A DNA stretch of 64,000 nucleotides from Candidatus Saccharimonadales bacterium (GTDB lineage Bacteria > Patescibacteriota > Saccharimonadia > Saccharimonadales > SZUA-47). A program made the position numbers and the translations under genes. The stretch covers positions 33 to 64,032 of the forward strand of contig JBBQVE010000005.1 of NCBI GenBank assembly GCA_038211855.1. Direction: 5' to 3'. The notes beneath the pieces were generated by a model, which was given only the letters and a program-made list of their open reading frames with translations, was not told where the DNA came from and made no database searches. Each line of letters opens with the position of its first letter. Positions within the stretch are counted from its first letter, which is position 1. This document shows positions 63,936-64,000 of this stretch, in pieces.

Positions 63936-64000
63936 ATGAGTGAAGTGACTTTAGAAGATATTGCATCATTGGCTAAGCGCCGCGGCTTTCTGTACCAAGG
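63936..64000 (+). CDS. glyQS: glycyl-tRNA synthetase (GlyQS type), 5' end only (runs off the window)
   Basis: MSEVTLEDIASLAKRRGFLYQ matches the conserved GlyRS N-terminus (..I..LAKRRGF.....EIYGG). TATACT lies 7 nt upstream of the ATG. Confidence 0.75.
   Translation, partial: MSEVTLEDIASLAKRRGFLYQ

Noticed and set aside
1-64000. Searched by eye for CRISPR arrays, rRNA or tRNA genes, transposases, integrases, phage genes and long terminal or inverted repeats.
   Set aside because: None was recognised. The only repeats found are the intragenic 186-nt duplication, the (GGT)5 tract and the short promoter-region similarities reported above. A tRNAscan/Infernal run would be needed to exclude small RNA genes formally.

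Overview
Gene-dense chromosomal window with about 65 CDS and very short spacers. It uses the standard genetic code: RF1 and RF2 are both present and intact, and TGA is used as a stop. Housekeeping genes are parA-parB, lepB, prfA/prmC, rpmE, rpsB-tsf-frr-uppS-rseP, proS, greA, lysS, serS, hpf, secA, prfB, ftsE-ftsX, pyrG, rpmA, xseA-xseB, recO and the 5' end of glyQS. They are interleaved with envelope and surface genes: a 1390-aa surface protein, an LCP protein, HtrA, a coiled-coil CHAP hydrolase, an S41 peptidase, and a sortase with a candidate substrate. Orphan proteins are scattered among them. The streamlined content (no pyrH or cdsA in the rpsB cluster, archaeal-type ProRS, type-B L31, giant surface protein, many orphan membrane proteins) suggests a Patescibacteria/CPR genome, possibly Saccharibacteria-like; this is inference only. 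I recognised no rRNA, tRNA, CRISPR array, transposase or integrase. The main second-look items are: (1) a heliorhodopsin-like 7-TM protein lacking both the Schiff-base Lys and the counterion Glu, with a long Lys/Thr-rich N-terminal tail; (2) two orphan acidic proteins driven by near-identical consensus promoter/5'UTR cassettes, one of which splits prfA from prmC; (3) a kinase-like/receiver-like pair in which both phospho-sites (His and Asp) are Glu; (4) a LysRS with a C-terminal DUF2000/PTH2-like domain; (5) a divergent cytidine-deaminase-fold protein next to an AT-rich convergent spacer carrying a perfect DnaA box; (6) a promoter/terminator-bounded small transcript after greA; (7) a pervasive pattern of -10 boxes 6-9 nt upstream of start codons, suggesting leaderless mRNAs. 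All family assignments are by-eye motif recognition and need HMM or BLAST confirmation.
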